Source of the DNA: an uncultured Oleiphilus sp.
GTDB lineage: Bacteria; Pseudomonadota; Gammaproteobacteria; Pseudomonadales; Oleiphilaceae
Length of the DNA stretch: 64,000 nucleotides
Direction: 5' to 3'
Assembly (NCBI GenBank): GCA_913020245.1
Contig: CAJWAD010000002.1
Coordinates: 2,788 to 66,787 of the forward strand
Below the pieces are notes generated by a model. The model did no database searches. It was not told where the DNA came from and saw only the letters and a list, made by a program, of their open reading frames with translations. Below, in pieces: positions 11,295-20,352 of this stretch (position 1 is the first letter of the stretch; every line of letters starts with the position of its first letter). The translations under genes were made by a program, and so were the position numbers.

Positions 11295-11340
11295 GTAAAT
11301 CTCTTCAAAATTAGTTACGTGAAAACGTTGGACGGTATAT

Positions 11341-12129
11341 CTAACGCTTTATTTTTCGTGGGCTTGCGGGTTTTACTTTGGGACGAAATACATGTGCCTT
11401 ATCTTTGGCATAAAGGTAAGAATCGGCAAACTCATCCGTATCTAGTACATGTCCCACTAATATGAGTGCGGTACGCGCAAATTTCTTCTCGCGTACTTTT
11501 ACAACAATATCCTTGAGGGTACCCATCACCTTGTCTTGATCTGGCCAACTCGTTCGATAACACACCGCAACGGGGCAGTCCTCGCCGTAATGGGGGATCA
11601 ATTCTTCAACAATTTTATGTATGCGGGTCACACCTAAGTGGATCGCCAAAGTAGCGCCGCTCTTAGCAAGTTGCGGCAGGCGTTCCCCCTCAGGGAAAGG
11701 TGTTTTTCCCTCATAGCGCGTCATGATGAGGGTCTGGGAAACGCCTGATAACGTCAGCTCTTTGCCTAAATACGCGGCCGATGCGGCCACGGCACTCACG
11801 CCTGGAATAATTTCATAATCGATGCCTAACTGTTCAAGTCGGCGTATTTGCTCGCCAATCGCGCCATACAGTGATGGATCGCCCGATTGCAGTCGTGCCA
11901 CATCTTTGCCGTCTTTGTGTGCCTGCTCGATATGAGCTGAAATTTCTTCCAAATCTATTGCAGCGGTATCGACAATAAGCTCAGCGGTACTTTCCACCGA
12001 CTCTACCACTTCTCTGGGTACCAACGAGCCTGCATAAAGGACGATAGGACAACGCTCCAACACGCTCTGCCCTTTTAGGGTCATAAGTTCTGGATCACCC
12101 GGACCCGCACCAATAAAGTATACGGTCAT
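11341..12129 (-). CDS. cobM: precorrin-4 / cobalt-precorrin-4 C11-methyltransferase
   Basis: N-terminus TVYFIGAGPGDPELMTLKG, 262 aa, class III tetrapyrrole methylase. Confidence 0.9.
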   Translation of the reverse strand: MTVYFIGAGPGDPELMTLKGQSVLERCPIVLYAGSLVPREVVESVESTAELIVDTAAIDLEEISAHIEQAHKDGKDVARLQSGDPSLYGAIGEQIRRLEQLGIDYEIIPGVSAVAASAAYLGKELTLSGVSQTLIMTRYEGKTPFPEGERLPQLAKSGATLAIHLGVTRIHKIVEELIPHYGEDCPVAVCYRTSWPDQDKVMGTLKDIVVKVREKKFARTALILVGHVLDTDEFADSYLYAKDKAHVFRPKVKPASPRKIKR

Positions 12130-12902
12130 AATTTTTTCTTATAGCCTCTGGGCGTGTATAGCCATTGTTTATTACCATTGACGATATGACGAGATTCACT
12201 ATTACCAACACTCACTAAAGTAAACATATCTACGTCTTTGGCATCGAGTTTTTCGAGCGTCGTAATCGTTACCTGCTCATCTTCTCGCGTTAATTGCCGC
12301 CCCAACAATACGGGGGTTGAGGCGGGTCGGTATTGCAACAAAACATCCCGTGCATGATTCAGTTGCCAATCTCTTTTCTTTGACACAGGGTTATAGAACG
12401 AGACGACAAAATCACCGGCGCCGGCACTATGAATGCGCTTATCGATGGTTTCCCAGGGCGTGAGTAGATCTGACAAAGAAATGGTACAAAAATCGTGGCC
12501 AAGCAGCGCGCCCACACGACTCGCTCCCGCTTGCATGGCTGAAATACCTGGAATCACTTCCACCTCAACCTCAAGCCATTCCGGCTGATCAATTTGCCCT
12601 TGCAACTGTTGATCAAGTAACTCAAAGACCACGGTGGCCATTGCATAGATACCAATATCTCCACTTGATAACAGCGCCGTCGTTTTCCCACTCGCCGCAA
12701 GTTCAAGTGCTAGCTTCGCCCTGCCAATTTCTTCGCCGAGAGGCAAATCATGATGCTGCTTGCCAGCACAGATATCGCCCAGCAAATCCATATATAATCC
12801 ATAGGCGACTAAATCACTGCTGGCCTCTATCGCCTCGCGTGCTTTTGGGGCAATTAAGCTCGGATCACCGGGCCCTGTCCCTACAACAAATAACTGTTTC
12901 AT
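12126..12902 (-). CDS. cobJ: precorrin-3B / cobalt-precorrin-3 C17-methyltransferase
   Basis: VVGTGPGDPSLIAPKAREAIE, 258 aa. 4-nt overlap with cobM. Confidence 0.85.
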   Translation of the reverse strand: MKQLFVVGTGPGDPSLIAPKAREAIEASSDLVAYGLYMDLLGDICAGKQHHDLPLGEEIGRAKLALELAASGKTTALLSSGDIGIYAMATVVFELLDQQLQGQIDQPEWLEVEVEVIPGISAMQAGASRVGALLGHDFCTISLSDLLTPWETIDKRIHSAGAGDFVVSFYNPVSKKRDWQLNHARDVLLQYRPASTPVLLGRQLTREDEQVTITTLEKLDAKDVDMFTLVSVGNSESRHIVNGNKQWLYTPRGYKKKL

Positions 12903-12954
12903 GTGCTAACTAAAATTCCTAACAATATAATTAAAATGCCATCACTTTCGATAC

Positions 12955-13752
12955 TTAACGCGACACACTTGGTTGCTCATTATGCGTATCAACTTTGCCC
13001 GTATACGCACGCGCTATCGCGCAAGTCGCTTTTGCTGTTTTCTGCTTTGTAAGCACAAGCTCAGCCGGCGAGTCACTGAGCGCTTTGGCCGCATACAGCG
13101 CCGCTGACTCGGCAACACCGTATACGCCGACCGTTTCATATACATAATCAGATTTGACGCTCAGCTGTGTCTCAACCTCACGTAACTGCTCTTTTGACCA
13201 CGTTTGAAACGGAAGCGCCAACTCTTGAGCCAGCTCAATTAGACCCACCTCATCGAATTTAATATCAATACTTGCGAGCGCACTGAGCTGACATGTCTCT
13301 AAACCAATTTCATCTAAGCAGGCGGTAAGTAAGGTCTTTAGTTCTGGCAGCGGGCAGTTTCTTTCGCATCCCATCCCCACTGTGTATAGGGGCTTCAAGT
13401 AGGTGTTGGCCGTCGTTAACACAAGCTGCGCGCCAAGATTTTGCGCAACACCCCGTCCCCATTCATTCGCGCCACCTTCATGGCCAGATAACAAAGGAAC
13501 AACAAAGCGACCCATTTCATCTAGAACCAAGACTGGCGGATCATCATGTTTACTGACCAACACCGGTGCCAATGCGCGCATAACAATACCGGTCGCGCAA
13601 ATAAATATAAGCCGTTCACCTTTGGTAAACGCCTGCTGAATACTTTCGGCGAATGGGCTTGGTTTAAACCATACCTGTGCATTATCCAACTGAGCGACGA
13701 GCCGCTCAGCAAGGGCAAGGCCTGCATCGGTTAAGGCAATTATTCGTGTCAT
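12955..13752 (-). CDS. cbiG: CbiG-like cobalamin biosynthesis protein (N- and C-terminal CbiG domains)
   Basis: 265 aa. The C-terminal half (GMGCERNCP...ALASIDIK.DE.GL...ESAAL) resembles the CbiG_C/CobE module. Positioned between cobI and cobJ. Confidence 0.75.
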   Translation of the reverse strand: MTRIIALTDAGLALAERLVAQLDNAQVWFKPSPFAESIQQAFTKGERLIFICATGIVMRALAPVLVSKHDDPPVLVLDEMGRFVVPLLSGHEGGANEWGRGVAQNLGAQLVLTTANTYLKPLYTVGMGCERNCPLPELKTLLTACLDEIGLETCQLSALASIDIKFDEVGLIELAQELALPFQTWSKEQLREVETQLSVKSDYVYETVGVYGVAESAALYAAKALSDSPAELVLTKQKTAKATCAIARAYTGKVDTHNEQPSVSR

Positions 13753-14513
13753 TCGCTTCGCGCCCCGGTGGGCAGCACCACGAACAAAGAGAAGTAGGGG
13801 CCTGGCTCATCAGGCAACTGGTCCAGCGCCTTGATAACCTTTTGATTATCACGACCAATGTATTCAAGGTATGCCGCATCACCAAATCGGCCTGTGCGTT
13901 TTAGCAAGTCGAGCAAACGTTGCCTTGCTTGACCCGCCTTCATAATGACAACGCTATCGTGGCCACGCAACGCGGCCTCAATTTGTGCATCGGTATGACG
14001 ACCACTCACTACAGCAAATGATTCTTTCAACATGGTTAAGGGCGTAAGTAAGGCGCATGCAGCGGCATTAACCGAAGAAATGCCGGGGACCACTTCACAA
14101 CAAAAATCACCCTCTAGGCGTTCTAATAAGTATGCGAATGAGCCAAAAAATAAGGGATCACCTTCACATAAAAATAATACATCTTGCCCTGCGTTTAGCG
14201 CGGTACGAATTTGTTCTGCCCCAAGGTCATAGGCTTTGTTTGCCAAGGTACGATCTTTAGACATAGGCATATTAATTGAAATTTCTTGCGCATCAGTGAG
14301 CGCAGCGCGCTCAGCCAATGCAAGCCTTGCAATCGTTTTTGCCTGTGAGCCATTTTTACCACTCGTTAAATAGCTAATCACAGACGCTTGTTTGATTAAT
14401 CGAAACGCCTTCATGGTCAGTAATTCTGGGTCCCCTGGCCCGACACCTACGCCATAAAATACGCCGCGGCGAGGCGTTTGATGCGCAGCGTGCATTTCGT
14501 CTGAACTAGACAT
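13749..14513 (-). CDS. cobI: precorrin-2 / cobalt-factor II C20-methyltransferase
   Basis: FYGVGVGPGDPELLTMKA, 254 aa. Overlaps both neighbouring genes. Confidence 0.85.
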   Translation of the reverse strand: MSSSDEMHAAHQTPRRGVFYGVGVGPGDPELLTMKAFRLIKQASVISYLTSGKNGSQAKTIARLALAERAALTDAQEISINMPMSKDRTLANKAYDLGAEQIRTALNAGQDVLFLCEGDPLFFGSFAYLLERLEGDFCCEVVPGISSVNAAACALLTPLTMLKESFAVVSGRHTDAQIEAALRGHDSVVIMKAGQARQRLLDLLKRTGRFGDAAYLEYIGRDNQKVIKALDQLPDEPGPYFSLFVVLPTGARSE

Positions 14514-15795
14514 CTGAGGCTCCTGCTTGCTTTGTTAACTTATATAGCGTCACCGGCAGATTTGGCTTGTAGTAGAGACCACCGGCCAGACTTTCACCCC
14601 GACTCACGGTTATTTCGAGCGTCTCTGCTGCACCGGATTCAAATGAACTGTGCGCATGACAAAAGGCATACAGTTGTTGTCGAGATTGTTCAGTTACGGC
14701 ACTCGCCACGAGTACGCCCTGCGTTGGCAATGTTTGCCAAGCTTGCGCGAGCATGGCGTGGAGTTGACCACCGCTGCCGCCGACAAATACCTTATTTGCT
14801 TTTGGTAAACGCGCACACGCCGTCGGCGCCATGCCAGAAATAATATGAAGACAGCCCATCAAACCAAATTTTTGCTGATTTTCATGTAAACAACGCAGAC
14901 GTTCCTCGTGATGCTCAATCGCATAAACCTGTGCGCCATGACCCCATAATGCCAATTCAGTTGAGACGCCACCGCAGCCGGCACCCACATCCCAAATACA
15001 ATCCTCGGCTGATGGCTGCATTAAGGACAAAATAGCGAGACGCACCTCTCGCTTGGTTAACATACCCCGACCCTGGCCTTTGTCTGTACTTAACTGCGTA
15101 TCTGGAATACCCGGAAAGGAAGGCCAATAACCACTCGACTCGAAAGTCTGCAGACAGACTACATTCAAGGCCTCAAAAACGATTTGGCTGGCTACACCGT
15201 CACGAAGCGCCTCCGCGTCAAAGCGGCGCACTTGTTCATCGCCATAGCCCAACTTTTCGCAAACCGTGATGACCGCAGAGCGGAACCCTGCCGCGACACA
15301 CGCTGTCGCAATGGCCTGCGGATTACTGTCTTTATCCGTTAACAATACGTAGCGCGAATCAGTCTTTAAACATGCCGTCAAGCCATTTAAAGGCCGTCCA
15401 TGCAATGAGATAACGTCTACGTCTTGAAGCGACCAAGCTAAGCGATGGCAAGCCGACTGAATACTTGAAACGCCGGGATAAAAACAGAGCTCTGTCCCAA
15501 GGTTTAGTCTAGGAAAGGTGTCGCGCACCCATTTACCAATACCAAAATATAAAGGATCGCCCGAGGCAAGCAGACAAACCGTATCGCCCTTCTTTAACCA
15601 GTGCTCTATCTCGCTCGCAAGTTGCGGCAACTTCGGCAGTTCAATGCGCTGTTGCCCGACTGACAAGTGCCCCTTTACCGTCGCTAACTGCCGCTGCGAA
15701 CCCACAACTATATTGGCTGCTTGCAAGGCACCTAGCGCGCAGGTGTCCAGGTGTGCTTGTTCAGCCACACCCAAACCAATCACATGAATAGGCAT
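14506..15795 (-). CDS. cobL: precorrin-6Y C5,15-methyltransferase (decarboxylating), CbiE-CbiT fusion
   Basis: 429 aa. The N-terminal half is tetrapyrrole-methylase-like. The C-terminal half carries the SAM motif VWDVGAGCGGVSTE. Confidence 0.85.
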   Translation of the reverse strand: MPIHVIGLGVAEQAHLDTCALGALQAANIVVGSQRQLATVKGHLSVGQQRIELPKLPQLASEIEHWLKKGDTVCLLASGDPLYFGIGKWVRDTFPRLNLGTELCFYPGVSSIQSACHRLAWSLQDVDVISLHGRPLNGLTACLKTDSRYVLLTDKDSNPQAIATACVAAGFRSAVITVCEKLGYGDEQVRRFDAEALRDGVASQIVFEALNVVCLQTFESSGYWPSFPGIPDTQLSTDKGQGRGMLTKREVRLAILSLMQPSAEDCIWDVGAGCGGVSTELALWGHGAQVYAIEHHEERLRCLHENQQKFGLMGCLHIISGMAPTACARLPKANKVFVGGSGGQLHAMLAQAWQTLPTQGVLVASAVTEQSRQQLYAFCHAHSSFESGAAETLEITVSRGESLAGGLYYKPNLPVTLYKLTKQAGASDV

Positions 15796-16437
15796 CTAGT
15801 ACCATTCTCCATGATTGCAGCGCAGTAGCGCATTACATGCGGCCGCAGTCACTGCGCTACCGCCTTGTCGGCCCGCTAACGTAATGCAGTCTAATCCTAG
15901 GTGTTCATGCGCCTCCCAAAGGGCTTGTTTTGATTCTGCCGCACCGACAAATCCTACGGGCATCCCAATCACCAACGCAGGTTTTTGCGTGCCCTGTTCA
16001 ATCATTTCCAATAAGCGAAATAAAGCGGTCGGCGCATTTCCGATCAGTACAACGCTATCTTCAAGTAGGGGCTGCCACGCATCCAGTGCAGCCATAGAGC
16101 GGGTTTCCCCGCGGCGTTTGGCTCGATCCGCTACTCCTTGATCATTCAAAAAGCATAATGGTTCTTGCGCAATCATCCGTTTGGTCACGCCTTGCTTAAC
16201 CATCTCGACATCACATAGAACAGCGCAGTTATTTGCCAACGCTTGGCGACCTTTTGCACACGCATCGGCACTGAACATTACGTTCTCGGCCACCTCAGGC
16301 ACACCTAGACTGTGTACGATACGCATGACGACCTGCTGCTCTTCACGGCTAAATGCCGACAGCTCGGTCAACGCTCTAATCTGCTCGAAGCTTTGCTTTT
16401 CAATTGCTTGCGGGTTCAGTTCAAAATCGTACGGCAT
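15796..16437 (-). CDS. cobH: precorrin-8X methylmutase
   Basis: 213 aa, GNAPTALFRLLE and the CobH/CbiC length. Abuts cobL with no gap. Confidence 0.9.
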   Translation of the reverse strand: MPYDFELNPQAIEKQSFEQIRALTELSAFSREEQQVVMRIVHSLGVPEVAENVMFSADACAKGRQALANNCAVLCDVEMVKQGVTKRMIAQEPLCFLNDQGVADRAKRRGETRSMAALDAWQPLLEDSVVLIGNAPTALFRLLEMIEQGTQKPALVIGMPVGFVGAAESKQALWEAHEHLGLDCITLAGRQGGSAVTAAACNALLRCNHGEWY

Positions 16438-16440
16438 CGC

Positions 16441-17256
16441 TTAATTGAATCTCTCTGGGGTCGCTGATTTACATGGCAGGTAGTTCTGCAACATAGATTT
16501 TAGCCCGGTAAGACAACTCTCTAAATCATTCATGACCAGTTTCGGCAGCGTCACAGTCGGACGCTGCATCATCACAACCGGCACACCTAATTGTCTCGCT
16601 GCGGCAATTTTGGCGTAAGTTGACTCACCGCCGCTATTTTTGCTCACGACCAAATCGATCTGATGCTCGGTCAATAACTGCAACTCAGACGCATAATCGA
16701 ACGGGCCAATGCCCTTAACCCACAAAATCTCGTCGGGGTACTTGTTGTGCAAGGTAATACGTGGCGTTGCTGCGGTTCGCAACAGTATGCGCGATTGCGT
16801 AGCGGTTTTGAGTTGCTGGAGCTGCGCATCGGACACCTGACCCACGCTTAATAAAATATTTCGATACGGTGCTGCATACCCACAAACCTGATCCCAATTC
16901 TGAACATCGACCCAGCGATCACCGGCTTCAACCGACCAAGCCTTGCGCACAAATCTCAAGCATGGCACTGAAAGCCGCCCGCACACATCAACCGCGGTTT
17001 CACTCATTTTCTTGGCATAGGGATGGGTCATATCCAACACCAAATCAATGTAATGCGACTCAATATAGTGCGCCAAACCACCATATTGGGTGAAACCACC
17101 AGAAATAACCTCACACGGCACATCTGGTTGCCGAACAAGTCCTGCCACACTGTAGATCAACCGATGTTCCCGTGTTTTATTAAACAGCCCCTCATCAAAA
17201 CACCGGCTGGCAAAAATACGCGCATCTGCGGTGCCCCCGAGAAGCAAAATATTCAC
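16441..17256 (-). CDS. cobK: precorrin-6A reductase
   Basis: VNILLLGGTADAR N-terminus. I chose the GTG start at 17256, which gives a GTGA overlap with the cbiD stop. The track start at 17310 would overlap cbiD by 58 nt. Confidence 0.85.
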   Translation of the reverse strand: MNILLLGGTADARIFASRCFDEGLFNKTREHRLIYSVAGLVRQPDVPCEVISGGFTQYGGLAHYIESHYIDLVLDMTHPYAKKMSETAVDVCGRLSVPCLRFVRKAWSVEAGDRWVDVQNWDQVCGYAAPYRNILLSVGQVSDAQLQQLKTATQSRILLRTAATPRITLHNKYPDEILWVKGIGPFDYASELQLLTEHQIDLVVSKNSGGESTYAKIAAARQLGVPVVMMQRPTVTLPKLVMNDLESCLTGLKSMLQNYLPCKSATPERFN

Positions 17257-18371
17257 CGCGAACCCTCGACAGCTGAACCAATAAAATTGCCGCGACGATC
17301 TACCGCCCAAACCTCTAAAATGATCTCAGCGCCCGTCTTATGGCGGACTACTTTTCTCGCCGCGCGCAAGGCTTCGGCGCAAAGTAAATCGCCAATTTCG
17401 ACTCCCTGCGACTGACACATTTCAAATACTTGCATGCTGGTATTTGCCTCGCCAATTGCATGCAATAACGTGGCGTCTGCACCGGCGGTCTTCGCCATTG
17501 CAGCCAGCTGCGCAAAATCAATCGAAGAAGAGCGACTATTTAAATCCATATGCCCGTTCGCAAGTTTGCTGATCTTGCCAAATCCTCCACAGAGCGAGAC
17601 CTTAGCGATAGGCACTTTGCGCAAATGCTTCAGAACGGCGCCTACAAAATCACCCATTTCAAGTAAGGCCATGGCGTCCAATTGATAATGCGCTTGAATC
17701 GCCGCCTCACTGGTACTGCCGGTCGTGGCCGCGATATGCTGAATACCATTGGCATTTGCCACATCAATCCCTTGATGAATTGAGGAAATGTAGGCCGCAC
17801 ATGAATAGGGCCGGACAATGCCGGTTGTGCCCAAAATGGATAACCCGCCGACAATACCCAGACGCGGGTTCATGGTTTTCTGTGCTAATAGCTCTCCGTT
17901 CTCGACGCCAACCGCCAACTTGAAACCACCTCGATACTTATACACTAGCGCGGCTTTCTCTAAATGAGCATTCATCATCGCGCGTGGCACTGGATTTATT
18001 GCGGGCTCACCAATCTCGAGCACCAAGCCCTCACGGGTGACTGTTCCGACACCTTGCGCAGAGAGAAATGTGACGCCTGGCGTTTCGCTCAGGCTCAGCT
18101 CAACAAAAATTCGCGCGCCATGCGTTACATCTGGATCGTCACCGGCGTCTTTAATCGTTGAAGTACGAATGCATTTGCCATCATCTAAAACATCGTACCC
18201 TTCGATCAGCAAAATACGTTCTTTACCTTTAGGCAGCGTAACCTCTACTTTCTCTGGCCGTTTGCCAGCAAGCAAGGCCTGGGCAGCCGCTACACAACAG
18301 GCCGTTGCACACGTACCCGTTGTTAACCCTGTTCGCAAGGGTTTGGGTTGCTCGCCGCTCTCTGGCCACAT
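17253..18371 (-). CDS. cbiD: cobalt-precorrin-5B C1-methyltransferase (CbiD family)
   Basis: LRTGLTTGTCATA motif near the N-terminus, 372 aa. Confidence 0.9.
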   Translation of the reverse strand: MWPESGEQPKPLRTGLTTGTCATACCVAAAQALLAGKRPEKVEVTLPKGKERILLIEGYDVLDDGKCIRTSTIKDAGDDPDVTHGARIFVELSLSETPGVTFLSAQGVGTVTREGLVLEIGEPAINPVPRAMMNAHLEKAALVYKYRGGFKLAVGVENGELLAQKTMNPRLGIVGGLSILGTTGIVRPYSCAAYISSIHQGIDVANANGIQHIAATTGSTSEAAIQAHYQLDAMALLEMGDFVGAVLKHLRKVPIAKVSLCGGFGKISKLANGHMDLNSRSSSIDFAQLAAMAKTAGADATLLHAIGEANTSMQVFEMCQSQGVEIGDLLCAEALRAARKVVRHKTGAEIILEVWAVDRRGNFIGSAVEGSR

Positions 18372-18376
18372 GCGGC

Positions 18377-19765
18377 TTATCGTCCCGCTCGAGAGATCAA
18401 ATTAGAAGCCTCTGATCCCGAAAACAAATGTGCCATCGCGATTGGATTTGATGGAAAAAAAAGATGTAAGTAGCTGGCCGTTAAACTACCCTGCCGATAA
18501 ATTGCTTCACCCGGTGCGGTGTGTCTTTGGCGCCGTCCATAGGCTATTGGTTCAGGCGTATTTTGGCTTCTAGAGCGATGATGCGCATGGCCCCGAACCT
18601 CGCCTTCAGGCAAACAGGCGGTTTGCATACCCTGACAACCGCGTTTACCTCGCATCGCACCATCACCCTCAAGCAGACCTAACATCACATGCTCATGGGA
18701 ATCTAAATCGGTCAAGGTCTGCAAACAATACAAAAGCCCACCACATTCGGCCAGGATAGCCTTATTCTGATCGTGGAAGCCCTGTATCGACTGACACATG
18801 CTCGTGTTAGCAGCCAACTGCGCTGCGTACAATTCAGGGTACCCACCGGGCAACCATAGCGCATCAGCGTCTGGCAGTTGCGCATCGTTCAACGGTGAGA
18901 AATAGGTAAGCTCTGCGCCCAGACTTTGCAGCAAGCGCACATTGGCATCATAGATAAAACTGAAGGCCGCATCCTTCGCAATCGCGATCCGCTTACCGCT
19001 CAGATAGGCCTCACATGGTGCTAGATTCGCTGACTTAAATACGGTCGGCCGCGGTGCGCTCAGCAAGGCTTGCTTACCAATCCAATCAACGCCCCGTTCA
19101 AATCTTAACTCTAACTCCTCGCGCACCTCTTCAGCCTGAACTAGGCCAAGATGTCGCTCTGGTAACGCGACCTGCTCATCTCTCGCAAGCGTTGCGAGCA
19201 AAGGTATACTGTCAGGCAACGCATCTCGAATAAGTTCTGCATGTCGCTCGGTGCTGCAATGATTAGCGATCAACCCTGCAATAGTGAGATCCGCTCTATA
19301 CCCTGCAAGGCCCGTCGCAATTGCCCCTGCTGTCTGCGCCATCCCCTTCACGTTCATAACGATCGCCATCGGTATGTTAAATCGTACCGCTAGATCTGCG
19401 CTGGAAGGCTCGCCGTCAAACATGCCCATCGCGCCTTCCACAATAATTAAATCTGAGGTGCAAGCCGCCTCATAAAGTTTCTGTTGGCAGTAAGCTTCAC
19501 CAGCCATCCACATGTCTAACGGCTCAACCTCATTACCAGAAGCCTGCGCTAAAATTTGTGGATCAAGATAATCGGGGCCGGTCTTGAAAACACGCACCGC
19601 CTTCCCTTGTTTACGCAAGGCACGGGCAAGTGCTGCGGTAATGGTTGTTTTACCCTCCCCAGAACTTGGGGCCACTAAAAATAACGCGGGGCAAACAGCT
19701 TGACCATTCTCCCCGTTTGTAACGGCCTGACTACTAGACACTAGTTCGCTGACAAGTTCGCTCAT
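18377..19765 (-). CDS. cobB: cobyrinic acid a,c-diamide synthase
   Basis: APSSGEGKTTITAALARAL ATP-binding site plus a C-terminal GATase segment (AECGGLLYC). 462 aa. Confidence 0.9.
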   Translation of the reverse strand: MSELVSELVSSSQAVTNGENGQAVCPALFLVAPSSGEGKTTITAALARALRKQGKAVRVFKTGPDYLDPQILAQASGNEVEPLDMWMAGEAYCQQKLYEAACTSDLIIVEGAMGMFDGEPSSADLAVRFNIPMAIVMNVKGMAQTAGAIATGLAGYRADLTIAGLIANHCSTERHAELIRDALPDSIPLLATLARDEQVALPERHLGLVQAEEVREELELRFERGVDWIGKQALLSAPRPTVFKSANLAPCEAYLSGKRIAIAKDAAFSFIYDANVRLLQSLGAELTYFSPLNDAQLPDADALWLPGGYPELYAAQLAANTSMCQSIQGFHDQNKAILAECGGLLYCLQTLTDLDSHEHVMLGLLEGDGAMRGKRGCQGMQTACLPEGEVRGHAHHRSRSQNTPEPIAYGRRQRHTAPGEAIYRQGSLTASYLHLFFPSNPIAMAHLFSGSEASNLISRAGR

Positions 19766-20352
19766 TAAAACTCAATCCCTGCTTGGGCTTTAACACCTAA
19801 TCTAAACGCATGCCGCTCGTCCATGATATTACTGATCGTATCCGCTATGGCTTCTAAGTCTTCTGGCATACGCCGACCGGTAATCATAACGTGCTGATGG
19901 GCAGGTCTCGCTTGCAAGGCGTCAATGACCGGCTGCAATGCCAAGTACTTATATTTAAACATGTACGCCATTTCATCGAATACCAGGAAATCGTAACTCG
20001 GATCCTTCAAGTACCGCTCAGCCAGCGCCCAGGCTTTTTCGGCTGCGGCAATATCTTGGTCTTTGTCTTGTGTCTCCCAGGTAAACCCATGCCCCATGAC
20101 ATGCCAGTCGATACGTTCATGCTCGCGAAAAAGTTTGTGCTCGCCGGTTTCTTTTCGACCTTTGATAAATTGTATGACCGCTGCACGCTGGCCATGACCA
20201 ACCGCTCGCGCCATGGTTCCAAACGCCGAACTACTTTTACCTTTCCCGTTGCCTTTGAGCAGAATTAAAACCCCACGTTCTTCAGTCGCTTTAGCTATTC
20301 TCTCGTCCATGACCGCTTTTTTACGTGCCATTCTGTCTTGATGCGATTTCAT
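19765..20352 (-). CDS. cobO: cob(I)yrinic acid a,c-diamide adenosyltransferase
   Basis: 195 aa. ERGVLILLKGNGKGKSSSAFG and the BtuR/CobO length. Overlaps the chlID stop (4 nt) and the cobB start (1 nt). Confidence 0.9.
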   Translation of the reverse strand: MKSHQDRMARKKAVMDERIAKATEERGVLILLKGNGKGKSSSAFGTMARAVGHGQRAAVIQFIKGRKETGEHKLFREHERIDWHVMGHGFTWETQDKDQDIAAAEKAWALAERYLKDPSYDFLVFDEMAYMFKYKYLALQPVIDALQARPAHQHVMITGRRMPEDLEAIADTISNIMDERHAFRLGVKAQAGIEF